In this document: one piece after another, positions 18,158 through 28,230 of the stretch
How the letters are laid out: every line of letters begins with the position of its first letter
Position numbering within the stretch: position 1 is the stretch's first letter
NCBI GenBank assembly: GCA_015232575.1
Contig: JADFZL010000017.1
Location: 15,689-79,688 of the forward strand
Reading direction: 5' to 3'
Length of the DNA stretch: 64,000 bases
Origin: Candidatus Rifleibacteriota bacterium
GTDB lineage: Bacteria; Muiribacteriota; Ozemobacteria; Ozemobacterales; Ozemobacteraceae
The notes under the pieces: model-generated
The model's input: the letters and a program-made list of their open reading frames with translations, nothing else
Databases searched by the model: none
What the model was told of the DNA's origin: nothing
Position numbers and translations under genes: made by a program

Positions 18158-20520
18158 TGTTTGAGAATCTGAAAAATTCAGAACTTAATTGCGTCGGAAA
18201 ACATGTTGAAAGACTTGATTCAATAGAAAGAATAACCGGCACAGCCATATTTACCGGCGACACAGTTCTTCCCGGCATGTTGTATGGAAAGGTTAAACGA
18301 AGTCCTCACGCAAAAGCTATAATTGTATCCATAAATACTAAAAAGGCAGAGGAACTGCCCGGAGTTCACGCAGTAATTACAGGAAACAATCTTGATATAA
18401 GAGTTGGACTTTATCTTGTGGACAAGTACATTCTCGCAAAGGGAGTTGTACGGCATTTTGGCGAAGCAGTTGCCGCGGTTGCTGCAGAATCACCTGAGAC
18501 AGCCGAAAAAGCAGTCGATCTGATTGAAGTTGTATACGAACCCATGGATGCTGTATTAGACCCGATCAGCGCTCTCAAAAAAGACGCTCCGCTTGTTCAC
18601 CCTGACCTTGGAAACTACGATGTAATAAAAGCAGTTTTCAGCCCCGTAGCTGGTTCGAACATTGCCAATCACAGCAAAATCAGAAAGGGAGATGTAGAAA
18701 AAGCCTTTCAGGAATGCGACCATGTTATAGAGAAAGAATACACCAATCCGAATGTACAACACGTACCAATGGAAACTCACGTAGCAATCGGAACATGGGG
18801 ACCATCAGATAAAATTTCCATCATTACATCTGCCCAATCACCATTCACAGTCAGAAATCTTTTCTGCCATTCATTCAAAATTTCCCACAACAATGTTAAG
18901 GTCTATGTTCCATACGTGGGCGGCGGTTTCGGCGGAAAAGCGGGAATACATCTTGAACCTCTCGCATGCTGCCTTTCAAAGAGATCTGGCGGACGTCCGG
19001 TAAGAATTCAGGCCACAAGAGAAGAAGAATTCAGTCTGCTTCCATGCAGAAGCGGTCTTGTAAACAGAATCAAAACCGGATTGAAAAAATCCGGGCAGAT
19101 AGTTGCTCAGAAAGTCACCATGTTCTGGGATGCCGGTGCTTATGCCGATTATGCTGTTAATGTCACCAGAGCATCTGCTTATTCATGCTGCGGACCTTAT
19201 GAAATTCCGAATGCATGGGTTGACGCATATACAGTGTACACAAACAAGCCATTTGGTACAGCATACCGCGGTTTTGGTCATGTGGAATTTTCATGGGGCC
19301 TTGAAAGACAGATGGATCTTGCAGCCGCCACTGTCGGCATTGACCCGGTTGAATTCAGAAAACTGAATGCACTTAAGTGCGATTCGAAAACTCTTACCGG
19401 TGAATTAATTACAGACCACAGCGGAGATGTCAACAAGTGCATTGATAAAGTTGCAGCTTCAATTAACTACGGAAAACTGACTCCAGAAGAAACCGAGCGT
19501 GAAAAGCGCACCGGCATGAAAATAGGCAAATCAGTCGCCGCACTTCAGAAAGCTCCGGCAATGCCGCCGTTTACCGGAACAGTTGTTATTCTGAAAATGA
19601 ATGAAGACGGCACTGTCATAGCTAATTTTTCGCTGACAGACTACGGCGCAGGCACGTATACATCCGTAGGCCAGATAATCGCTGAAACAATGAAATTCCC
19701 GATCAGCAAAATTAAAATTCCGATAGAAACAGACACAGACCGGGACCCGTATGACTGGCAGACTGTTGCGTCCAAAGGTCTGATGCTGACTGGCAATGCA
19801 GCAATTCTTGCGGCAAAAGATCTTATAGCCAAATCTTATGATGTTGCAGCACAAGTCTTGAGAGCGAATGTCTGCGACCTTGATCACGACAGCGAAAAGA
19901 TCTTCCTGAAACACAACCATCACAAAAATGTTACCTTCAGACAAATTGCAGTCGGATATGCCTTTCCGGACGGAAACGGCATTGGCGGACCTCTGGTTGG
20001 CGTAGGACGGTATATTGCACAGGGGCTTACAAACCTTGATAAAGAAACAGGGCAGGGAAACCCTGCACTGGATTGGACCTTCGGCGCCCATGGGCTCATC
20101 GTTGAAGTAAACCCTTCTACGGGAGAGTACAATATATTGAAGGTTGCGTCATGTTTTGATCTCGGGAGAGCCATTAACCCGAGTGCCGTCCGTGGACAGA
20201 TAGTTGGCGGAATGCTTCAGGGACTTGGTACTGCAATGTGCGAAGGGTACATCTACGACAAGGAAGGACGCCTTCTGAACCCAAACTTTACCGACAATAA
20301 AATTCCAACATCTCTTGACCTTCCAGAAAAAGTCGAGGCAATGTTTGTAGAAACTCCTCAGGTTGACGGACCTTACGGCGCGAGAGGCGTGGGCGAACAC
20401 CCGATGATCTCTGTTTGCGCAGCTCTCGGAAACGCAATAAAGAACGCCTGCGGTGCAGACCTGACCCACATGCCCATACGTTCAGAAGACGTATGGCGTG
20501 CAATTCAGCGTAAATCCTGA
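18157..20520 (+). CDS. Xanthine dehydrogenase / aldehyde oxidase family, molybdopterin-binding large subunit
   Basis: 787 aa. a/b-hammerhead N-terminus (GTAIFTGD), YVGGGFGGKAG, GFGHVEF, GARGVGEHP. The start overlaps the stop of the Fe-S subunit. Confidence 0.9.
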   Translation: MFENLKNSELNCVGKHVERLDSIERITGTAIFTGDTVLPGMLYGKVKRSPHAKAIIVSINTKKAEELPGVHAVITGNNLDIRVGLYLVDKYILAKGVVRHFGEAVAAVAAESPETAEKAVDLIEVVYEPMDAVLDPISALKKDAPLVHPDLGNYDVIKAVFSPVAGSNIANHSKIRKGDVEKAFQECDHVIEKEYTNPNVQHVPMETHVAIGTWGPSDKISIITSAQSPFTVRNLFCHSFKISHNNVKVYVPYVGGGFGGKAGIHLEPLACCLSKRSGGRPVRIQATREEEFSLLPCRSGLVNRIKTGLKKSGQIVAQKVTMFWDAGAYADYAVNVTRASAYSCCGPYEIPNAWVDAYTVYTNKPFGTAYRGFGHVEFSWGLERQMDLAAATVGIDPVEFRKLNALKCDSKTLTGELITDHSGDVNKCIDKVAASINYGKLTPEETEREKRTGMKIGKSVAALQKAPAMPPFTGTVVILKMNEDGTVIANFSLTDYGAGTYTSVGQIIAETMKFPISKIKIPIETDTDRDPYDWQTVASKGLMLTGNAAILAAKDLIAKSYDVAAQVLRANVCDLDHDSEKIFLKHNHHKNVTFRQIAVGYAFPDGNGIGGPLVGVGRYIAQGLTNLDKETGQGNPALDWTFGAHGLIVEVNPSTGEYNILKVASCFDLGRAINPSAVRGQIVGGMLQGLGTAMCEGYIYDKEGRLLNPNFTDNKIPTSLDLPEKVEAMFVETPQVDGPYGARGVGEHPMISVCAALGNAIKNACGADLTHMPIRSEDVWRAIQRKS

Positions 20521-20563
20521 CATTTATACAAGCCATTTAATATAAAACTGCAGCAGCTAAAAA

Positions 20564-21223
20564 ATGAGAAAAAAAATAATCCTTTCAGTTGTTTCATTGA
20601 TTCTCATTTTAATTGTTGCTGCAGTTTTTCTTGCTGATAGTTATATTGCATCATTTTCTCAAAATTATTGTTACGACGAAGTTGAAAAAATTCCTGAAAA
20701 AAAAGTTGCACTGATACTTGGCACTTCTCCGGTCGCTGCAAGTGGCCGAACAAATTCGTTTTATAAACTGCGTATAGATGCAGCAGAGGTACTTTACAAC
20801 GCAAAAAAGGTACAGCATTTTCTTGTAAGCGGAGATAACAGTACAAAAGAATATGATGAACCAACATGTATCAGAAATGATCTTATCAAAAGAGGCATTC
20901 CTGCAGAAATAATTTACCGGGACTACGCTGGTTTCAGAACTCTTGATTCAATAATACGCGCCAACAGAATTTTTTCTCTGAATGACTTCATTGTCGTTTC
21001 CCAGAAGTTTCACAATGAACGTGCTGTATTTCTTGCCCGAACAAATGGATTAAATGCATTCGGATACAATGCATTGCTTCCGGATAATGGCAGAATAAAA
21101 GCATCTCACAAATTGCGCGAACTGCTTGCAAGAGCAAAAGCAATATTGGATGTGTTCGTTCTTAGCACCAAACCAAAGTTTCTGGGCGACAAAATCGAAA
21201 TTGGCAAAACCAGCCCTGAGTAA
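20564..21223 (+). CDS. sanA: SanA/YdcF (DUF218) family envelope protein
   Basis: 219 aa. N-terminal TM helix. ALILGTSP..YKLRIDAAEVLYNAKKV..LVSGDNSTKEYDEP..YAGFRTLDSIIRA..FIVVSQKFHNERAVFLAR. Confidence 0.8.
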   Translation: MRKKIILSVVSLILILIVAAVFLADSYIASFSQNYCYDEVEKIPEKKVALILGTSPVAASGRTNSFYKLRIDAAEVLYNAKKVQHFLVSGDNSTKEYDEPTCIRNDLIKRGIPAEIIYRDYAGFRTLDSIIRANRIFSLNDFIVVSQKFHNERAVFLARTNGLNAFGYNALLPDNGRIKASHKLRELLARAKAILDVFVLSTKPKFLGDKIEIGKTSPE

Positions 21224-21289
21224 GATTAGACAAATGGAAAGCAGAATAGATCATCTCGCATAATTTATAGATTCAGGGAATAATAATTA

Positions 21290-23935
21290 ATGACCAAAAA
21301 TGAAAGTCAAAATAAGCCTATTGATGTTCACTTTCTCGGCGGAGCATCTGAAGTCGGGGCAAGCTCTTCGCTTCTAATTCTCGGCAGCCACCGCATTCTC
21401 ATTGATTGCGGAATTCGCATGGGAGAAAGCGAATCTTCAAGCATTCCCGATCTTTCACCATTGAACGAACTCAAACCGCATGCTGTTGTACTTACACACG
21501 CACACATGGATCACTCAGGGGCATTGCCGCTTATCATGGCGACGATTCCGCGTATTCCGCTTTACTGCACTCCTCCGACCGCGCAACTGATCAGAATCCT
21601 CTTTGAGGATGCCCTGAAGATAATGAATTCAAAAGGCGAAGACGACATTCCACTTTATTCAAAAACAATGGTTGAAGAAACTCTGAACCGAATTGTTGAA
21701 GTACCATTCGATCATCCTTTTCCGATTCTTGATAACCAGGTTAAGTTGACGTTTTTCCCTGCCGGACACATTCTAGGCGCTGCTATGACAGAGTTTTATT
21801 CTCAGGAAGGACGCGTTCTTTTTACCGGCGATTTTGCAGTTGAATCTCAGATCACAGTCGGCGGAACAGCTATTCCGAAAGCAAGATATGATCTGGTTGT
21901 TTCGGAATCCACCTACGGTTCACGATTTCATCCAAACCGCGAAAACGAAGAACATCGCCTGGCTTCTTCAGTTGCAAAAACTGTAGCAAACGGCGGATAC
22001 GTAATTATTCCGGCGTTTGCAATCGGAAGAGCACAGGAGATAATTCTTATACTCAGCAGAGAGATTGAACACAGACGAATTCCTCCTCTTCCGGTATTTG
22101 TTGATGGAATGGTTACAAAAGTATGCGGCGTCTACAGAGACTTCCCAAATGATGTTACAAACTATCTTTCAAAAAGAATTCAAAAATTGTCCCACCCATT
22201 CTTTCCGGCTGATGGAACTGTAAAACCAGTCTTGTCACCCAAAGACCGCGAAGCCGTGTTAAATGGTCCTCCGTGCGCAATAATTTCCAGCTCTGGAATG
22301 CTTACCGGCGGACCATCAGTATATTACGCTTCTGAACTTGCAGGAAAAGCTGAAAACCTGATAGCTTTTACAGGATATCAAGATGAAGAATCTCCCGGAA
22401 GAAAGCTTCTGAACCTGGCTGAGACACCTCTGGAAGAAAGATTTCTGATGATAGACCGGAAAAGAATTCAAGTGAAATGTTCTCTCGAAAAGATAAGTCT
22501 TTCAGCCCACGCCGACGGCAGACAGATTGTGCGATTCATTTCGAAGTTGAATCCAAAGAATGTTGTACTTGTACATGGAGACGAGCAGGCACGTGAAGAA
22601 TTATGGGAACTCCTTCGTCCAGCAGTTCCGGATGTTAAAATTCATCTGCCAAAATCAGGTGAGTCGATTTCACTGCAATCCCGGAAAAGGAATTTCAATT
22701 CTTCTTCAAAAAGTGTTTCGGCCGACAACGGGAAATCGAATTCAGAATCTGATGGACAAAAAGGTATCGGTTGTGGAAAATGGCCGGAGTCAACAGAAGA
22801 TGTTGAAATAATATATGTACATGTACTTATGAAATTTCCACCGGGCAAGTTTTTTACCGCACGCGAACTATTTAATATTTATTGCAGTACAAGTGTTTTT
22901 GATGCTGAGAAATTCGAAAAGTTCCGAACCATACTTAAATCTTCAAAAGATTTTTTCCGCTCACCAAAAGACCGGCCGTTTCTTTTCAAAGCCGTATACA
23001 ATGATACAAATGAAAAAAACGCAGCCGACAATACAGCTGCAGATAAAAAAAAGCCAGCCTTCATGGAGCAGAATGCTGCAATTGAAGCTGTAAAAACAAT
23101 GTTTTCCCCTGAAGATCGTTTGCTTAAAGTTGGTTTGAAACTTGAAAAGATTCCACCCATAATTTTATTATCATTCGCATTTCCAGATTCAGCAATATTG
23201 AAACTGGCAGAGAAATTTCAGCGCATTACTTCTCTTACCGGATGTCCTGTCGAATTAAGCCCTGAAACAAGAATAGAAGAAGCAGACAAATATCTCCGCT
23301 CAATACTGCCTGCCGATGTAAAGCTTATGCGCGCATTGTCATACAGCAGGGAAAATCGCAAAGTAACAGCAAAAGTCGCAACAGCAGAAAATGTTAACGC
23401 CATTATGAATCTAGCTGATACCTTTAAAAATGAAACTGGACTTTTTCTTGATGCTGTCTCAACTGCTCCATCACCAGCAGTCTCTGCTGAATTACTTTCC
23501 AGAAACATTCACACAGGCCGCATGGAAATAAATGCTGCTCTCGGACACATTAAGCTTACTTTTGCTCAATCAAATGAGACTCTTTTCAGAGCAAGCAAAA
23601 AGTTTGATTTTGCCGGTGAATTCATTGAACTGGCCTTTATTACAAAACATGCAGGAGAGAAACAAAAAATGCTGATTAGTCAGCTGTCAACTGATACCGG
23701 CTGGAATATCAGAATTTCAGAATCTGTACATCATCAAGCTCTAATGCAGAAAGCATGTGAATTAGTCAAACCACATTTCGAAATTATTGGAAACCCATCA
23801 CTACACCTTATTTCGAATCAGGTTGAAGTAAAAGTTCATAAATTTTCGAAAGAAATTCCTTCTGATTTATTACAAAATATTTCTGATAATTTTGTTGACT
23901 ACACTGGTTTTCAATTAAAGATTACGGAAAAGTAA
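21290..23935 (+). CDS. MBL-fold beta-CASP nuclease (RNA-metabolising family) fused to an uncharacterised ~420-aa C-terminal region
   Basis: 881 aa. Metallo-beta-lactamase motifs (LIDCG, THAHMDHSGALP, GHILGAA, ESTYG). The beta-CASP region ends in SAHAD..VVLVHGD at about aa 400-440. The C-terminal part holds four ~65-90-aa repeats, each ending TG-hydrophobic-x-h-x-h. Confidence 0.8.
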   Translation: MTKNESQNKPIDVHFLGGASEVGASSSLLILGSHRILIDCGIRMGESESSSIPDLSPLNELKPHAVVLTHAHMDHSGALPLIMATIPRIPLYCTPPTAQLIRILFEDALKIMNSKGEDDIPLYSKTMVEETLNRIVEVPFDHPFPILDNQVKLTFFPAGHILGAAMTEFYSQEGRVLFTGDFAVESQITVGGTAIPKARYDLVVSESTYGSRFHPNRENEEHRLASSVAKTVANGGYVIIPAFAIGRAQEIILILSREIEHRRIPPLPVFVDGMVTKVCGVYRDFPNDVTNYLSKRIQKLSHPFFPADGTVKPVLSPKDREAVLNGPPCAIISSSGMLTGGPSVYYASELAGKAENLIAFTGYQDEESPGRKLLNLAETPLEERFLMIDRKRIQVKCSLEKISLSAHADGRQIVRFISKLNPKNVVLVHGDEQAREELWELLRPAVPDVKIHLPKSGESISLQSRKRNFNSSSKSVSADNGKSNSESDGQKGIGCGKWPESTEDVEIIYVHVLMKFPPGKFFTARELFNIYCSTSVFDAEKFEKFRTILKSSKDFFRSPKDRPFLFKAVYNDTNEKNAADNTAADKKKPAFMEQNAAIEAVKTMFSPEDRLLKVGLKLEKIPPIILLSFAFPDSAILKLAEKFQRITSLTGCPVELSPETRIEEADKYLRSILPADVKLMRALSYSRENRKVTAKVATAENVNAIMNLADTFKNETGLFLDAVSTAPSPAVSAELLSRNIHTGRMEINAALGHIKLTFAQSNETLFRASKKFDFAGEFIELAFITKHAGEKQKMLISQLSTDTGWNIRISESVHHQALMQKACELVKPHFEIIGNPSLHLISNQVEVKVHKFSKEIPSDLLQNISDNFVDYTGFQLKITEK

Positions 23936-24027
23936 CCAACAATGCAATGCAGTTTTCGAATTAATCGGATTATGCAAACTGTCATTAAGTATTTAGTAAC
24001 AATAGCAAGAATTAATGGTAGTTCCAT

Positions 24028-24085
24028 GTCATCCAGAAAGCGTGGGATTATTATTTTTACTCGTAGGGGCGCGATTTATCGCGCC
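24028..24085. repeat. Variant family-1 arm plus a GC-rich palindrome
   Basis: GTCATCCAGAAAGCGTGGGATT (24028-24049) resembles GTCATCCCGAAAGCGAGGAGTC at 61437. GGCGCGA-TTTA-TCGCGCC is a perfect 7-bp hairpin at 24068-24085. Confidence 0.45.
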
Positions 24086-24277
24086 AGCTATGATCGGTTT
24101 GTGAGATGAGTATTTTCAATCTTTATTGTTTTATTTGTTGCATATGAAATTCCCGAATATGCACTTGACAATATTTCTCTGCAAACATATAATCTACCTG
24201 CTAGGCAAGAGTTTAACTATTTGATCATAAACCAAATATATTACTGCTTGCAGTTTTCTCCACAGGAGGTTTTATAT

Positions 24278-24823
24278 TTGAAGATTCCAGCTGCGGGCAA
24301 GGCGATCCTGTATGGATGTATATTATTATTTGTTGTTGCTATCTGGTTCAAAGACAGCTACTATTCTCAGATTCAGGGAATGGCGGTTCATCTTGTTAAA
24401 ACCTATGGCTTGTCTACTCTTTTTATACTAAGTTGGCTTGCTGACTTCATTATTCAACCGGTACCACCTGATGCATTTGTTTTCGCAGCTGCTTTTGGCG
24501 GCGCGAATATCTGGATGACGGCACTTTTTGGGGGCCTTGGCAGTTCAGCCGGTGGAACAACTGGTTGTATCATGTGCCGATGCATAGGTGCTCGAAGGTT
24601 CTGCAAATTATTTGGAAGAGATTTGCTTCGTTCAGGTAAAAAAGTTTTCAAGGAACATGGAAATCTGGCTGTTTTTATTGCTGCAATAACTCCCATACCA
24701 TACAGTGCAACATGCTGGGTTGCAGGAATTTACGGAATTAATCCCCTGACGGTATTTGCTACCAGCTTTGTCGGCCGCACAGGAAGATACGTCTTTTTCG
24801 CATGGCTCGGAGATCTTGCATGA
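24278..24823 (+). CDS. YqaA/DedA-type (SNARE-associated/VTT-like) membrane protein
   Basis: Multi-TM ORF. FIIQPVPPDAFVFAAAFGG resembles the YqaA family core. I place the start at the TTG at 24278 (AGGAGG 8 nt upstream) rather than at the ORF-track start 24221. Confidence 0.55.
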   Translation: MKIPAAGKAILYGCILLFVVAIWFKDSYYSQIQGMAVHLVKTYGLSTLFILSWLADFIIQPVPPDAFVFAAAFGGANIWMTALFGGLGSSAGGTTGCIMCRCIGARRFCKLFGRDLLRSGKKVFKEHGNLAVFIAAITPIPYSATCWVAGIYGINPLTVFATSFVGRTGRYVFFAWLGDLA

Positions 24824-24835
24824 AATCAGAATTCG

Positions 24836-26416
24836 ATGACACACAAAGCTGAAATCGCTTTTCCGTTACCTGTCACCGAAAAAATAATAGTCTCTGCCGC
24901 AGGCAATCAGAATCAAACTACATCAGACAAAGATAACCCCTGGACAAGCTGCCTCATTGAAGGTGATAATAAACTCGTCCTTTCCTCCTTAACAAATGGT
25001 CCATTGCGCGAAAAAATAGAATGCCATGGCGGAGTAAAATTAATCTACGCCGACCCTCCTTTTGATGTTGGCACAGATTTCACAATGTCCATCGAAATTG
25101 GCGACAGCAATAAATCAGAAAAGAGTACAATTCTCAAAGAAATCGCCTATCGGGATAAATGGGGAAAAACTTCAGATTCTTTTCTTTCAATGATTTACGA
25201 ACGCATAACACTCATGTACGATCTTCTTGCAGATGATGGCAGCTTATTTCTGCACTGCGACTGGCGAACAAATGCGCATATAAGACTTATACTTGATGAA
25301 GTTTTCAAGGGAAATTTCCTGAATGAAATCATCTGGCATTATACCGGCGGCGGAAGAAGTACAAGATATTTTTCAAGGAAACATGATTCGATTTTCTGGT
25401 ATTCAAAATCAGACAAAAACATAACTTTCAACATTGACGCCATACGCGTTCCATACAAAAAAACAAGCGGTTATGCTAAAAGCGGCATTGTATCAGCTGT
25501 CGGAAAAAAATACACACCCCACCCTCTCGGAACTCCAATTGACGATGTATGGGATATTCCGATTATTAACCCGCTGTCTGCTGAAAGAACCGGCTATCCA
25601 ACACAGAAACCGGAGTTTCTTCTGGAAAGAATCATCAACGCCGCCTCTAACGAAGGCGATATAGTCGCAGATTTTTTCTGCGGTTCAGGTACAACAGCCA
25701 TTGCCGCGGAAAAACTTGGCAGAAAATGGATTGCAGCCGATCAAAGCAAACTTGCAATTCATACAACCCGCAAAAGACTTATTTCTCTAAGAAATCAGAA
25801 TGGACGAAACAAAAATCAGTTCAAAATGTTTGAAATCAGAAGTATGAATATACAAAGCAACACCCTCACTACTGAAAGTAAGAATGACTCCTCAATTTTC
25901 ATTAACACCAAGAATAATTGTACAAATCACAATTCTTCTTACAGAATATCGGAAAAACAATTAAAGTGCAAAAACAATCTTTTACCCGAACACAGAATAA
26001 AAACCAGTTCAGTTGAAAATGTACAAACATTTGAAATTATGATTAATATAATATGCAATTCCGGATCAAACAATAAGTGCTTCAAAGTATCGATCGAATT
26101 AACGTCTTTTAAGTGGCTTGATGTTTCTAAAACTGATGCTGAAACTCAAAGTTCTTTTCAGAAAATTGTTCCGACAAAAAACTGGCATGATATTGTTGAT
26201 TACTGGGCAATAGACTTTAACTACGGAACCAGAAATGATGGTATTTTCGTCAATCAATGGCTGACTTTTCGAACTCAATCAAATCGCTCACTTGAATTGA
26301 TTAGTGAAGAGCATGAGTTTTCAGCTTCTGAAAGCACCATAGCCATTAAGATCGTGGACATTTTCGGAAATGGCTGCATGCAATTATTCAAAATATCCAA
26401 ACCTGCCAGAAATTAA
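24836..26416 (+). CDS. Beta-class amino DNA methyltransferase (N6-adenine or N4-cytosine) with a ~200-aa C-terminal extension
   Basis: 526 aa. Motif [13 protein letters not shown] precedes motif [24 protein letters not shown] (beta-class permutation). [18 protein letters not shown] and [14 protein letters not shown] are typical of ParB-less/type III Mod-like methylases. No restriction or helicase partner gene is adjacent. Confidence 0.85.
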   Translation: MTHKAEIAFPLPVTEKIIVSAAGNQNQTTSDKDNPWTSCLIEGDNKLVLSSLTNGPLREKIECHGGVKLIYADPPFDVGTDFTMSIEIGDSNKSEKSTILKEIAYRDKWGKTSDSFLSMIYERITLMYDLLADDGSLFLHCDWRTNAHIRLILDEVFKGNFLNEIIWHYTGGGRSTRYFSRKHDSIFWYSKSDKNITFNIDAIRVPYKKTSGYAKSGIVSAVGKKYTPHPLGTPIDDVWDIPIINPLSAERTGYPTQKPEFLLERIINAASNEGDIVADFFCGSGTTAIAAEKLGRKWIAADQSKLAIHTTRKRLISLRNQNGRNKNQFKMFEIRSMNIQSNTLTTESKNDSSIFINTKNNCTNHNSSYRISEKQLKCKNNLLPEHRIKTSSVENVQTFEIMINIICNSGSNNKCFKVSIELTSFKWLDVSKTDAETQSSFQKIVPTKNWHDIVDYWAIDFNYGTRNDGIFVNQWLTFRTQSNRSLELISEEHEFSASESTIAIKIVDIFGNGCMQLFKISKPARN

Positions 26417-26460
26417 ACCTGATGCCTGCCGAAAATTCATCACCGCAAAGAAATTGAAAG

Positions 26461-26500
26461 AAGAGAAGAGAAGAGAAGAGAAGAGAAGAGAAGAGAAGAG
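26461..26500. repeat. Pentanucleotide microsatellite (AAGAG)x8
   Basis: Eight perfect tandem AAGAG units at 26461-26500, 45 nt downstream of the methyltransferase stop. Confidence 0.95.
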
Positions 26501-26594
26501 AAAACAAAAGAAAAGAAGTGATTTTTTTCCGCAGATTACGCAGATTTTTCAAGATATTAGAACAGCAAATCATGGAAAATGAGTCACAAACTCT

Positions 26595-26656
26595 GTCATT
26601 ACGACAGAAGGGAGAAATCTCGGATTTGTGAGATCTCTCACATTCGTTCGAGATTA
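26595..26656. repeat. Intergenic inverted-repeat element, family 1, copy D
   Basis: GTCATTACGACAGAAGGGAGAAATCTC (26595-26621), an 8-nt loop, then GAGATCTCTCACATTCGTTCGAGATTA (26630-26656). Confidence 0.7.
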
Positions 26657-26756
26657 GAGCCTGCCACATTGTTAGCATGCAAGTTTGCCCCTTATTTAAG
26701 ATTTTGGTAGTGCAAGTCTTTTAACTGATTAAGAATAATAGCTTTTTTAAAGAAAA

Positions 26757-26818
26757 AATCTGCACTCTTCCGTGTTCTTCCGTGATTTTCCGTGGTTAAG
26801 AATCAGTTTCTTTTCGTT
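26757..26818. repeat. Family-2 repeat (TTCCGTG-type), copy 1
   Basis: AAAATCTGCACTCTTCCGTGTTCTTCCGTGATTTTCCGTGGTTAAGAATCAGTTTCTTTTCG. It has three TTCCGTG sub-repeats and aligns with 28231-28290. Confidence 0.7.
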
Positions 26819-27004
26819 TATCAGTCAAATGATCGCACTACCAGATTTTGCATATTTAGATTCAAGGTGGAATGTTACAACTCAACATGGCATAAAAAAT
26901 GCTTTATAGCAGTTATTCATTTACGATATTATTAAATTTTTGCAGGCATCTTGAGAGGTTTTTTTAAAGTTTTATAAAGGGTCAGAAATTAAGGAGAAAC
27001 ATAT

Positions 27005-28042
27005 ATGAAATCTACAGGAAAACGTTTGATTATTGCAGTTTTTATGATCAGTTTCTGTATATTTTTTGCAAGTCCCTCAGTTCTTCTTGCACAAAGAGTT
27101 AATTTCCTGAATACTCCGAATGGCAGTGATAAAGTTTTTCTTAAAACAACACCCTGGTCTGGTTACTGGTGGGAAAGAAAAGGCGGTTATCTATTCAAGG
27201 GCTGGAACGGACATCCGGAATCGCCTCTTACCAAGTATGACAAATATGTATCCAGCCGATCAGGAAAAAATCCCGGTGCCGTAGCATGGGAAAAAGATTC
27301 GAAAAACAAACACTACACCCCAAGAGGAAATGCCTGGGGTGGACACTGTAATGGGTGGTCTGCCGCTTCAATACTCGAACCAGAGCCAAAAGCTCCAAGA
27401 ACCGTCGGCGGAATAACATTTACTGTTGCTGACCAGAAGGGCATTTTGAGCGAGCTTTACATGGACACATATTTCGAATTTTATGGTACAAGATCAAACA
27501 GCTATGATTACGTTGATCAGGACATATATCCAGATCTTTTCCACAGGCTGCTCGTAGAAAATCTGAAAGTCAAAAATCGTGCAATAGTTGCTGATATTGA
27601 TCCGGAAAAACCTGTCTGGAACTTTCCGATAACTGGTTATGAAACCACATGGGAAGCATCTTACAATAAAGCAAGGGTCTACTTTACAACAAAAATCTAC
27701 TACATTGACGACAAAGTTAACGCTGATTTCGTTGGTGTCAAATGGTTTGCAAAAACTTATTACTACACTCTTTATCTGAATGAAAAGGGTGAAGTCACCG
27801 GCGGAATCTGGAATAAGTCAAGTAAGAGTTCGCACCCTGATTTTATCTGGATCCCAACGGCTGACGCACCAGCTTCAATTAATGAGAATCCCTGCCTTGA
27901 TACAAAGTTCGTTCACGAAATTACAGGAAATCCGATTCCAACTCCAGTTCCTCAGCCTCCGACGAATGCATCAGGAACAATCAGAACTGTTCGTACAAAT
28001 GCCGTACTCATAGAGGCGGGAGTAGACATTTCGGCTCTCTGA
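27005..28042 (+). CDS. Secreted hypothetical protein (possible Cys-nucleophile hydrolase or transglutaminase-like; speculative)
   Basis: 345 aa. N-terminal signal-like segment (LIIAVFMISFCIFFASPSVLLA). AAGGAG RBS. W/Y-rich. The GNAWGGHCNGWSAAS motif is the only catalytic-looking feature. No family confidently recognised. Confidence 0.55.
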   Translation: MKSTGKRLIIAVFMISFCIFFASPSVLLAQRVNFLNTPNGSDKVFLKTTPWSGYWWERKGGYLFKGWNGHPESPLTKYDKYVSSRSGKNPGAVAWEKDSKNKHYTPRGNAWGGHCNGWSAASILEPEPKAPRTVGGITFTVADQKGILSELYMDTYFEFYGTRSNSYDYVDQDIYPDLFHRLLVENLKVKNRAIVADIDPEKPVWNFPITGYETTWEASYNKARVYFTTKIYYIDDKVNADFVGVKWFAKTYYYTLYLNEKGEVTGGIWNKSSKSSHPDFIWIPTADAPASINENPCLDTKFVHEITGNPIPTPVPQPPTNASGTIRTVRTNAVLIEAGVDISAL

Positions 28043-28056
28043 AAAATACGCAAAAT

Positions 28057-28155
28057 GTCATCTCGACCGAAGGGAGAGATTTCAGAAAAGTCCTGTTAAG
28101 TCATGTACAACCTCGAAGTAAAAGCTGAGAGATTTCTCCCTTTGGTCGAAATGAC
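28057..28155. repeat. Intergenic inverted-repeat element, family 1, copy E
   Basis: GTCATCTCGACCGAAGGGAGAGATTTC (28057-28083) and GAGAGATTTCTCCCTTTGGTCGAAATGAC (28127-28155) flank a 43-nt spacer. Confidence 0.75.
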
Positions 28156-28230
28156 AGCATATTATAACGAAATTAGTTGGTCGTGTGGCTATATTAACTG
28201 ATTATACACAATGATTTTCTTTTCCATTTT

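Noticed and set aside
26370-26678. ORFs 26370-26582 (+, EEKRREEKRREEKRK) and 26388-26678 (-)
   Set aside because: They are translations of the (AAGAG)8 microsatellite and of intergenic repeat arms. There is no RBS and no protein-like composition.
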